From Candidatus Altiarchaeota archaeon (GTDB lineage Archaea; Altiarchaeota; Altiarchaeia; IMC4; SCGC-AAA252-I15), in the NCBI GenBank assembly GCA_043813075.1, contig JBDRLL010000028.1, forward strand, positions 1-28,291: a stretch of DNA of 28,291 nucleotides, read 5' to 3'. The notes beneath the pieces are model-generated. The model saw only the letters and a program-made list of their open reading frames with translations, was not told the origin of the DNA and ran no database searches. Positions 18,716 to 26,890 of this stretch are shown here, piece after piece. The position numbers and the translations under genes were made by a program. Position 1 is the first letter of the stretch. Every line of letters begins with the position of its first letter.

Positions 18716-18788
18716 TGCGTGATGATAATTCTCCAAACAAGCATATGTATGTGTGTGACCCAATAGTTAGAGGGTATGGGGTAATGTG

Positions 18789-19283
18789 ATGGACAATCCA
18801 CTGCCATTATGCAGGCTTTGCGCTAAAAACAGGGTTCTCTGCAGCTCATGCAACAGGGGGTTCTCTGAAGGCAGGATAACCGAGTACGACATTGAGCTTT
18901 CAAGGCTGGTGTATGAGATGTTTGAAGGCAGGATAGGCTTCAAGAAGGCTGTGGACGCCAACGAACACGTAATCGTGCTCGCCGACAGGGGGAATGTGGG
19001 AGAGCTAATAGGCAGGGAAGGCAATGGCCTGAGGAGGATGAGTGAGAGAGTCGGCAAACCCGTGAAGATAGTTGGTGTCGGAGATGTTGAGGACATGATA
19101 CGGGACCTTATCGCGCCCGCCAGGATACATAGCATAAACAAGGTGTACAAGCCTGGGGGAGAGACAGCATACAGGGTCAGGATAGACTCTAGAGACAAAG
19201 GACGTCTGAGGATAAACCCTGAAGCCATGAAGAGCATAATATCGTCGATAGCTGAGAGAGAAGTCGACTTGAAGCTGGAATGA
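18789..19283 (+). CDS. Archaeal NusA-like KH-domain protein with N-terminal Cys4 metal-binding motif
   Basis: CRLC-x6-CSSC, then KH GxxG loop LIGREG, GKPVKIV and LIAPARI..IN.VY.PGG. Confidence 0.8.
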   Translation: MDNPLPLCRLCAKNRVLCSSCNRGFSEGRITEYDIELSRLVYEMFEGRIGFKKAVDANEHVIVLADRGNVGELIGREGNGLRRMSERVGKPVKIVGVGDVEDMIRDLIAPARIHSINKVYKPGGETAYRVRIDSRDKGRLRINPEAMKSIISSIAEREVDLKLE

Positions 19284-19286
19284 TTA

Positions 19287-19293
19287 TTAAATA
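19287..19293 (+). promoter_or_regulatory. Putative TATA box of aspS
   Basis: TTAAATA begins 31 nt upstream of the aspS ATG with no SD motif in between. Confidence 0.45.
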
Positions 19294-19317
19294 TCCCTTC
19301 AGTAATAATCGAATACC

Positions 19318-20622
19318 ATGCGCACGCACTACTCGAACGAGATTACAAACGGGCTTGACGGGAAGGACGTCCAGGTCGCCGGATGGGTGCACGACGTAAG
19401 AGACCTGGGAAAACTGAAATTCCTCCTGATAAGGGATAGGGGAGGCGTACTTCAGGTCACAGCGAAAGACGGTGAAACACCGGCTGAAGTGATGGAGTCC
19501 ATAAACAAGCTCAACAAGGAAGCCGTGGTAAGCGTCAAAGGCAAAGTCTTAGTGAACAACAAGGCGCCTAGAGGGTTTGAATTAAAGCCTGACGTGGTGA
19601 CGCTAATAGCTGACTCTGTAAGCCCACTGCCACTTGACGTGACAGGGAAGGTCGACGCAGACCTGGACACGCGACTGAACAACCGTTTCATGGACGTTAG
19701 GAAGCCGGAAGTCCAGGCGATATTCAAGATAAGAGCCAAGATACAGGAGGCGTACAGGGAATTCTTCATCAACAGGGGTTTCATAGAGATAAACCCGCCC
19801 ACAGTAATCGCAGCCGCAAGCGAGGGGGGCACGAACCTGTTTCCCATAACATACTTCGAGAGGGAGGCTTTCCTCGCGCAGAGCCCGCAGCTCTACAAGC
19901 AGATGATGATGTGCACTGGACTTGATAAAGTGTTCATAATGCAGCCGGTCTTCAGGGCGGAACCCCACAACACGCCAAGACACTTGAACGAGATATTACA
20001 GATGGATGTGGAGAAGGCATTCATAAAAGACGAGGAGGGGGTGCTAGAGGAACTCGAGGGTGTGGTGAACCACATAATGAAGAGGGTGTGTGGGGAGTGC
20101 TCTGAGGAGCTGAAGACGCTTGGGAGAGAAGAGGAAGTGGTGGTACCGGGATTGCCATTCAAGAGGCTGACGTACGATGAGGTCATAGACACGCTAAACG
20201 AGAACAACATCAAGATAGAATGGGGGGAGGACATACCACCGGAAGGAGAGAAGAAACTCAATGAACTGCTGAATGAACCGTTCATAATCAAGCACTGGCC
20301 GACAAAGATAAGGGCATTCTACTCGAGGCCTTTGGACGACAGGCCTGAAGTCTGCGGCGCCTTCGACTTGGACTACATGGGCATGGAGATGTCTTCGGGA
20401 GCACAGCGTATCCACGACCACGACCAGCTGGTTGAGGCGCTGAAGAGGAAGGGCTTGAACCCCGAGAATTTTGAGTTCTATCTTAAGGCATTCCGCTATG
20501 GCATGCCACCACACGGCGGGTGGAGCATCGGCGCGGAGAGGATAACCCAGGCCATAACGGGAGTGAAGAACATAAGGGAGTGCGTGTTATACCCGAGGGA
20601 CAGGACGCGCGTGGAGCCGTGA
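19318..20622 (+). CDS. aspS: Aspartate--tRNA(Asp/Asn) ligase, archaeal non-discriminating type
   Basis: RTHY, AGWVH, motif 1 GFIEI.PP, LAQSPQLYKQ, motif 2 FRAE.HNT.RHLNE and motif 3 GMPPHGG..IGAER; His25 and Pro84. Confidence 0.97.
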   Translation: MRTHYSNEITNGLDGKDVQVAGWVHDVRDLGKLKFLLIRDRGGVLQVTAKDGETPAEVMESINKLNKEAVVSVKGKVLVNNKAPRGFELKPDVVTLIADSVSPLPLDVTGKVDADLDTRLNNRFMDVRKPEVQAIFKIRAKIQEAYREFFINRGFIEINPPTVIAAASEGGTNLFPITYFEREAFLAQSPQLYKQMMMCTGLDKVFIMQPVFRAEPHNTPRHLNEILQMDVEKAFIKDEEGVLEELEGVVNHIMKRVCGECSEELKTLGREEEVVVPGLPFKRLTYDEVIDTLNENNIKIEWGEDIPPEGEKKLNELLNEPFIIKHWPTKIRAFYSRPLDDRPEVCGAFDLDYMGMEMSSGAQRIHDHDQLVEALKRKGLNPENFEFYLKAFRYGMPPHGGWSIGAERITQAITGVKNIRECVLYPRDRTRVEP

Positions 20623-20629
20623 GACGCCT

Positions 20630-22813
20630 TTAACAGTCTGTTAGCTCATACTCGTGGCCGACCACCTTGAATATCAGGCACCTCCTGTTGGGGAAGTTCC
20701 TGAGTGAGAATTCCCGGACATCCCCCGTTTCACCCACCATGTTGAGTATTACCACATCATCGTCGAAATTCATGCCAGCAAGGTTAGAGCCGGTTATGTA
20801 GTCGGGTATGAAACGCGCGAATACAACCGCATTCTCCTCGTTCTCGTGTATCTCCTTGAACATTTTCACCAGCCTGGTGTCTATGCCATGCTGCCCGGAG
20901 TTGAGAGCCATGTTAGAGTGCAGGTAGATTAATGACGAGACAGCGCAAGCCAACACGATTATTGTGAGGAACTTGTAGTTGGAGTGCAGGACCTCGACCT
21001 TCGTGAAAGACCTGACCGTCAGCAGGAGTATTATCGGCATCAGCTCGTAGTAATAGCGTGGACCGAAGAACTTGCAGTGGTAGTAGTATATGAAGTAGCC
21101 GAATATAGTGATCATTATTATGGACGAGAATAGATAGTCGACCACATCCTTCTTGTAGAAGAAGAGGAAGAATAGGAAGGCTATGTATAGCAGGCCGATC
21201 CCGCCGAACAGTGAGTCATCCAGCATGCTAAGGCTTATGTAAGTGTTCAAAAAGCCTTTTTCCACGGTATGGCCCCGTGATTCAAATGACATTAGAGGCT
21301 TTCCAGCCCCCATGTGGAAGCCGGGCAGCTCGCTCTCATTGTACTCTTGGAATGGGGTTTTGAGCATGTTACCGGTCACCAGGTAGTTGTAGCCGAGGAA
21401 CATTATGAGCATCACGCTGAATGAAGCAGCAAAGGGTATCAGCTTCTCCAGGGTTATCTTCCTGGACCATAAGGCGTGTAGTATGAAGGGTATTAAAAAC
21501 AGAACTAGATTGTATATCCTTATGTTCAGAAGCAGTCCAAGGGAAAGCCCGGCGAGTAGGGGGTAGAAGTCGCCTTTATTCTTTATTGACTTCATGTAGG
21601 CGAGTAGGAACAGGATGTAGCTCAGCATTGCAAGAGTATTATTCATGTAGGACGAGCTCATTAGTATAGACCATGGACTCACCGCCATCAGGAGGGCAGT
21701 GTAGAACGCAAGACGACGGTCATTGAACACCTCCAGGCCCAGATAGAAGAGGGCGACGACAGCGAGACCCCCGATGATGGGATTTACCATGAATGACGCC
21801 TTCAAATATTCGCCGATGGCAAGCAGGAGGGGGAAGGCCACCAGATACTTCCCGTAAACCCGTTTACCGTGTATGGCGAGGAAGTTCCCCGCGTTCCGGA
21901 GGTACACGAAATCTCTTGAAAGCGAGTATGAGCTGTCTATTGCGGGATCGCTTATGGAGTATATGAAGAACTTGCCGTTTAGGATGAGTTTCGCCTGCAA
22001 CAATTGTGTTACACCGTCCGGAGTGTGGGGCATTGCGCCGAGGAGATAATATCCGAAAACAGCCGAAGGGGTGACGGTGAAGACAAACAATAGGGGGACT
22101 AGTAGGATGTTCCTGCTGAGTATATTCACCCGCATAGAGAAGATGAAGAAAACAACTGCCGCAACAGCAATGGACTTAACTAGAGCTATCAGGTAGTAGC
22201 GGTATATCGACCCGTTCACGTAGAAGTAGTAATGGAATGAGCGAAACCCATTCCCCCTGACTGTAGACCAGACCTGCGAGGCATCATACATTATTTTTAT
22301 CTTAGTCTCATTGCGTGTTATGAACTCCGCAGGTATTGTGAATATCTGATCCTTGAAATAGTGTATGTCCTCAGGACCCCACACGAAGAAATCCCCGACA
22401 CGCTTCCCATCAGCGAATACGGTTAGCACGAGATTGGTATTTGTGACGTCATACCTCTTTACCATGACTAAATCCTTGCCCGGAACACTCTTGACGTAGA
22501 ACAGCTCGTTCCAGTCATACTCGTACACTATCTTATGGTTGTCGTAGTAACTCTTGTTGCCAGGGTAATACAAGACAGTATACTGGCTGTTGAAGAGGTT
22601 CCTAGGCCAATAGTAGTGGGTTACCTCACTCCATACGCTGCCGACGTCAACAGAATCTATCGGAACAACACCATCAAGGCCGGGGGGTATGTATCCTGGA
22701 GACAGCATATAGAAGACTATAAGGAAGGCTAGTGCTGACGCCATCACCTCCGCCCTCATCAGACTGGACGGCGAGAAACCGGGTTTTTTAAACCCGTTGC
22801 GCCTCAGAGACAT
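20630..22813 (-). CDS. Large GT-C fold glycosyltransferase with an extra N-terminal extracytoplasmic domain
   Basis: TM helix, then an aromatic beta-rich domain, then a GT-C core (TPD....QAK, KY...FPLLLA, NPIIG, SSSYMNN, NIR.YN, YNY..TG....TPF, GPRYYYE). Confidence 0.78.
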   Translation of the reverse strand: MSLRRNGFKKPGFSPSSLMRAEVMASALAFLIVFYMLSPGYIPPGLDGVVPIDSVDVGSVWSEVTHYYWPRNLFNSQYTVLYYPGNKSYYDNHKIVYEYDWNELFYVKSVPGKDLVMVKRYDVTNTNLVLTVFADGKRVGDFFVWGPEDIHYFKDQIFTIPAEFITRNETKIKIMYDASQVWSTVRGNGFRSFHYYFYVNGSIYRYYLIALVKSIAVAAVVFFIFSMRVNILSRNILLVPLLFVFTVTPSAVFGYYLLGAMPHTPDGVTQLLQAKLILNGKFFIYSISDPAIDSSYSLSRDFVYLRNAGNFLAIHGKRVYGKYLVAFPLLLAIGEYLKASFMVNPIIGGLAVVALFYLGLEVFNDRRLAFYTALLMAVSPWSILMSSSYMNNTLAMLSYILFLLAYMKSIKNKGDFYPLLAGLSLGLLLNIRIYNLVLFLIPFILHALWSRKITLEKLIPFAASFSVMLIMFLGYNYLVTGNMLKTPFQEYNESELPGFHMGAGKPLMSFESRGHTVEKGFLNTYISLSMLDDSLFGGIGLLYIAFLFFLFFYKKDVVDYLFSSIIMITIFGYFIYYYHCKFFGPRYYYELMPIILLLTVRSFTKVEVLHSNYKFLTIIVLACAVSSLIYLHSNMALNSGQHGIDTRLVKMFKEIHENEENAVVFARFIPDYITGSNLAGMNFDDDVVILNMVGETGDVREFSLRNFPNRRCLIFKVVGHEYELTDC

Positions 22814-22874
22814 GGTATATACTATGGTAGGTAAAGTATAAGAAAATAAGGTGGAGCCGTTGTATCACTCTTAT

Positions 22875-23903
22875 TCAAGGGTTTGTGACGTTCTCAACAG
22901 CATAATCCTGGGATCCTAAACCTATTTCAGCGGCGTAGTCAAGCATATGCCGTCCATCAATACCGTGCTTCGCCAGGAAGGGGTCCACGCCCCCATTCGC
23001 CCTGGAAACCAGGTCTATGCTCGCCATGTCTACCGCGACAGGATCCTTGCTCAATAGTATGCCAACATCATCTGCGATGGGTTTTTGCGCGTAAGGCATA
23101 CAGTCACAGTCCGCGGTAACGTCGGTGATAAAGCTCATGAACCACCATTCCCTACCGCGTAATGCGGCCTGCGCATACTCGGCGATACGCTCCATAAGAA
23201 CCTTGTTGACGCTGTCCGAGAGATCCCAGGGGATGTCTATCGCAGCATGCGGGCAGACTGCAATGCAACGAGCGCATCCAATACATTTGCTGGAGTCTAT
23301 TAACGCAGGGCCCTGCAGGGATATCGCATCTCCAGGGCACTCGTTAACGCAAGTACCGCATGAAACGCACTTATCGCTGGAAACCTTGGGGGATATGACT
23401 GAATGCATCTCCAGCTTACCGGGACGGGAGCCCAAGCCCATGCCGATGTTCTTCAAAGCCCCGCCGAACCCTGTCGCGATATGGCCCTTGAAATGAGAGA
23501 CTGCGACCAGCTGACGGTAATCCCCGAGTCCTGCGCCAAGCTTGGCGGTCTTAAGCATGCCGCCGACTATAGGGACTTCTAGGGTGTCCTCACCCACCGG
23601 ACCGTCGAGTATGTGCAGTGGGAGGAACCCGAATCCATGCTGCCTGGCAACGTTCAGATGGTCGATCATCCGAGTCCGCCCGCCACGATATAGGACGTTG
23701 CAGTCCACGAACACCGGCTTATCCAGGATTGATGCAGCGCCCTTAAGCCATTCCGGCCTGACGTGCGTGGTATTCCCCTTCTCCCCGAAATGCACTTTCA
23801 ACGCCACACCACCATTGAATGATTCCGCTATAATCCTGAAGAATTCATCAGCGCCATCGCGGAGACGGGACACGTCATCGTATAGGTAGACGACAGACGA
23901 CAT
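22875..23903 (-). CDS. DUF362 family Fe-S protein with inserted 2x[4Fe-4S] ferredoxin domain
   Basis: ALKVHFGE.GN, NVLY.G.R, SHFKGH..TGFGGALKNIGMG, CVSCGTCVNECP, CIGCARCIAVCP, DCDC and DPVAVD.AS.DL. Confidence 0.9.
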   Translation of the reverse strand: MSSVVYLYDDVSRLRDGADEFFRIIAESFNGGVALKVHFGEKGNTTHVRPEWLKGAASILDKPVFVDCNVLYRGGRTRMIDHLNVARQHGFGFLPLHILDGPVGEDTLEVPIVGGMLKTAKLGAGLGDYRQLVAVSHFKGHIATGFGGALKNIGMGLGSRPGKLEMHSVISPKVSSDKCVSCGTCVNECPGDAISLQGPALIDSSKCIGCARCIAVCPHAAIDIPWDLSDSVNKVLMERIAEYAQAALRGREWWFMSFITDVTADCDCMPYAQKPIADDVGILLSKDPVAVDMASIDLVSRANGGVDPFLAKHGIDGRHMLDYAAEIGLGSQDYAVENVTNP

Positions 23904-23938
23904 GAGAACTTATATGCCATACACGTAAAAGAAATACA

Positions 23939-24448
23939 ATGCATGGTGAATTGCGGATGTCGTTCAGGAGGGTGAATGAGAAGTACTTCAACAACAGGCT
24001 GGCGGAAGGCGACTACACGTTCTCGTGGAAGAAGCTTTCTGGAACATACGCTTCCGTAGAATACACGAAGGAAAAATCCAGGATACGCGTGAACCCAGTG
24101 ATAAAGGATGATGAGGAGCTGCTGGACTACGTTATGCTGCACGAGATACTCCACACCATACGGGGCTTCAGGAGGATACGGACGCACCGCGGGAAATTCA
24201 ACGACAGGATGAAGGAACTCCTGGGGGAGGATGAATTCAGGAGGCTCGAGGAGAAACTCGACTCCATGAACATAAGACAGCGGACGTTCGGGAGGAGATA
24301 CGTCTACAAGTGCCCGAAATGCGGGCAGAAGATAGTGAGGAAGAAGAAGGTGAAGGACACTTCCTGCTCCCTATGCGACAAGAGATACAACCCCAAATAC
24401 AGGCTAGAACTGGTTGAAGGCTACTACACGCTCGAACACTTCATTTAA
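23939..24448 (+). CDS. SprT-like zinc metalloprotease with C-terminal zinc ribbon
   Basis: N.KYF...L, LHEILH (HExxH), downstream H...F, and YKCPKC...CSLC. Confidence 0.85.
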   Translation: MHGELRMSFRRVNEKYFNNRLAEGDYTFSWKKLSGTYASVEYTKEKSRIRVNPVIKDDEELLDYVMLHEILHTIRGFRRIRTHRGKFNDRMKELLGEDEFRRLEEKLDSMNIRQRTFGRRYVYKCPKCGQKIVRKKKVKDTSCSLCDKRYNPKYRLELVEGYYTLEHFI

Positions 24449-25995
24449 TGGAGGAAACATCTGACTCCAGTATACACCATAGCCATCCCATGCTCGTCCG
24501 CGGCCTGGATGACTTCAGCGTCCCTTATGCTGCCGCCGGGGTGTATGACCGCTGATACCCCAGCCTTAGCGGCCTCGTCGATCCCGTCCCGGAACGGGAA
24601 GAATGCGTCAGAAGCCATAACACTGCCATTAGCGTGCTCTCCAGCCTTCATGGCCGCGATTTTGACTGCGTCGACGCGGCTCATCTGGCCGGCTCCAATC
24701 CCGGTAGTGTACCCTTTTTTCGCGAATATTATCGAGTTAGACTTAGTGTGCCGGCACACCTTCCATGCGAACAGCATGGCTTCCACCTCCTCTTCTGAAG
24801 GCTTCCGGTTAGACACGGTCTTGAGGTCATCCCTCGTCAACTCCCTCAAGTCCATATCTTGGACCAGCATGCCGCCGACCACCCGACGATAATCGAAGGA
24901 CTGCTTCGGTTTTTCTGGTGAGCCGATGTCCAGGACACGCATCTTCTCCTTCTTCTTCAGTATGTCGAGGGAGGAGGCCTCGTATCCTGGCGCGATAACA
25001 GACTCCACGAAAGTGGATGTTATCTCCTCTGCTAGTTTCTCGTCGACTGGCCTGTTTAGTGCGACTATGCACCCGAACGCTGATAGGGGGTCCGCTTTAT
25101 GGGCGAGAGAGTATGCCTCACCCAAAGAGTCGGCGACGCCGACTCCCGACGGGTTTAGGTGTTTTACTATTACTGCGGCAGGTTTATCGAACTCGACCAC
25201 GAGACGCAATGCAGCATCGAGGTCGAGTATGTTGTTGAACGAAAGCTTCTTATCTCCTGCGAGAAGCTTCGCGCCACCAACACACGATCCGACATATGAT
25301 GGGTCTGCGTAGAATGCAGCCGCCTGATGAGAATTCTCGCCGTAACGAAGATCGTAAAGCTTGGTCAGAGAGAGGTTTACCGTATCGGGGAACTTAACAT
25401 GCTCTACGACAGTCCTGCTGAGATAGTCGTAGATGAGTGAATCATACTCGGCAGTATGCTGGAAGGCCTTAACTGCCAGACGCGCCAGCGTCCCCTCCGA
25501 TAGGGAGAGATCATTTTCACGCAATTCTGTGAGGACTGGTTCATAGTCGGAGGGATCGATGACTGCACCAACGTGTTGATAGTTCTTGGCGGCGGCGCGA
25601 ATCAATGTGGGCCCGCCGACATCGATGTTCTCAATAGCGTCTTCAAGAGAAACATCTTTCTTGGATATCGTCTGCTTGAAGGGATAGAGGTTTACTACGA
25701 CAAGGTCTATCAAGTCCATGCCATACTCCTCGATCTGGGACATGTGCTCCTTCTTGTCACGCCTCGCCAGCAGGCCCCCGTGTATCTTAAAGTGTATGGT
25801 CTTGACTCTGCCATCAAGCATCTCCGGGGTCCCAGTGTAGTCTGAGATGTGGGTGAAGGGGATTCCTTTCTCCTTCAGAAGCTTGGCGGTGCCGCCAGTA
25901 GAAATTATCGTAACGCCCAGGCTAGATAATCCAGAAGCGAATTCAGCCAGCCCCCTCTTGTCAGAGACGCTAATCAAAGCGGTCTTGGCCTTCAA
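24445..25995 (-). CDS. purH: Bifunctional AICAR formyltransferase/IMP cyclohydrolase (bacterial type)
   Basis: ALISVSDK, STGGTA, GRVKT.H, IENIDVGGP..IRAAAKN, LRYGENSHQ, LSFNN..D, KH.NP.G, KSN, GAGQMSRVD, SDAFFPF and PGGSIRD; TTG start with GGTG RBS. Confidence 0.97.
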   Translation of the reverse strand: MKAKTALISVSDKRGLAEFASGLSSLGVTIISTGGTAKLLKEKGIPFTHISDYTGTPEMLDGRVKTIHFKIHGGLLARRDKKEHMSQIEEYGMDLIDLVVVNLYPFKQTISKKDVSLEDAIENIDVGGPTLIRAAAKNYQHVGAVIDPSDYEPVLTELRENDLSLSEGTLARLAVKAFQHTAEYDSLIYDYLSRTVVEHVKFPDTVNLSLTKLYDLRYGENSHQAAAFYADPSYVGSCVGGAKLLAGDKKLSFNNILDLDAALRLVVEFDKPAAVIVKHLNPSGVGVADSLGEAYSLAHKADPLSAFGCIVALNRPVDEKLAEEITSTFVESVIAPGYEASSLDILKKKEKMRVLDIGSPEKPKQSFDYRRVVGGMLVQDMDLRELTRDDLKTVSNRKPSEEEVEAMLFAWKVCRHTKSNSIIFAKKGYTTGIGAGQMSRVDAVKIAAMKAGEHANGSVMASDAFFPFRDGIDEAAKAGVSAVIHPGGSIRDAEVIQAADEHGMAMVYTGVRCFLH

Positions 25996-26030
25996 AACAA
26001 AACACCAGTAAAAGACTTCGCATGAAGACC

Positions 26031-26888
26031 TTAAAAATCAAGGGTGATCGACTTGGCGGCTTTCATCGTGTTTTCGAGCAGGCATGCTATCGTCATCGGA
26101 CCTGTGCCCCCTGGCACGGGGGTTATGTGCGATGCTTTTTTCCTGACGTTCTCGTAGTCCACGTCACCGACGACAGAATCGCCTTTACGGGCCACGCCAA
26201 CGTCGACGACAACAGCACCATCCTGGACCATGTCCTCCTTAATCAGGTGGGGGACGCCGGTGGCTGATATCAGCAGGTCAGCGTTGAGTGTATGCGACTT
26301 CAAGTCCCTCGTCTTCACGTGGCAGACGGTAACCGTAGCATCCCGGTTCAAAAGCAACTGGGCCATTGGCCTGCCGACAACGAGACTGTGATTCACTATG
26401 ACTGCGTTCAATCCCTCAAGGGTTATCTTGTATTCCTCCAGGAGTCTGATGACTCCTAGTGGTGTGGCGGAGACCATGCGCTCGTCGCCTGACGCGAGCA
26501 GGCCCTGGTTTACGGGCGAGAAGCCGTCAACATCCTTGTCAGGGTTTATTAGTGAGATAATCTTTGCTGTGTTGATGTGTTCGGGTAATGGAAGTTGAAC
26601 CAGGATTCCGTGAACATCACCCGTGTTGTTCAGCTTGTCTATCACACCAATCAACTCCTCCTCAGTGATATCATCTGGGAGTTCGTGGACCTGCGACATG
26701 AACCCGACCTCCTCGCATGCCGTATGCTTCATGGAGACATACAACCTTGATGAGGGGTTATCGCCGACGATAACAGTCGCAAGCCCTGGAACAACACCAG
26801 ATTCTTTAGAGAATACATTAACCTCCTTCTTCAATCCTGCCCTAATCTTCTTGGCCAGCTTACGGCCGTCTAATACTATGGCAGCCAT
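26031..26888 (-). CDS. folD: Methylenetetrahydrofolate dehydrogenase/cyclohydrolase
   Basis: LDG..LA, Y...K, GILVQLPLP, KDVDGF, ATP.G, ATVT.CH, GDVD and TPVPGGTGPMT. Start placed at ATG 26888; ORF track start is GTG 26894. Confidence 0.97.
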   Translation of the reverse strand: MAAIVLDGRKLAKKIRAGLKKEVNVFSKESGVVPGLATVIVGDNPSSRLYVSMKHTACEEVGFMSQVHELPDDITEEELIGVIDKLNNTGDVHGILVQLPLPEHINTAKIISLINPDKDVDGFSPVNQGLLASGDERMVSATPLGVIRLLEEYKITLEGLNAVIVNHSLVVGRPMAQLLLNRDATVTVCHVKTRDLKSHTLNADLLISATGVPHLIKEDMVQDGAVVVDVGVARKGDSVVGDVDYENVRKKASHITPVPGGTGPMTIACLLENTMKAAKSITLDF

Positions 26889-26890
26889 TC

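Noticed and set aside
5564-22824. Recurring TAGTATA/TATACTA upstream of glycan-related genes (about 5565, 12824, 22818) as a regulator site
   Set aside because: Short, AT-rich, with inconsistent orientation and spacing; indistinguishable from TATA-like background without statistics.
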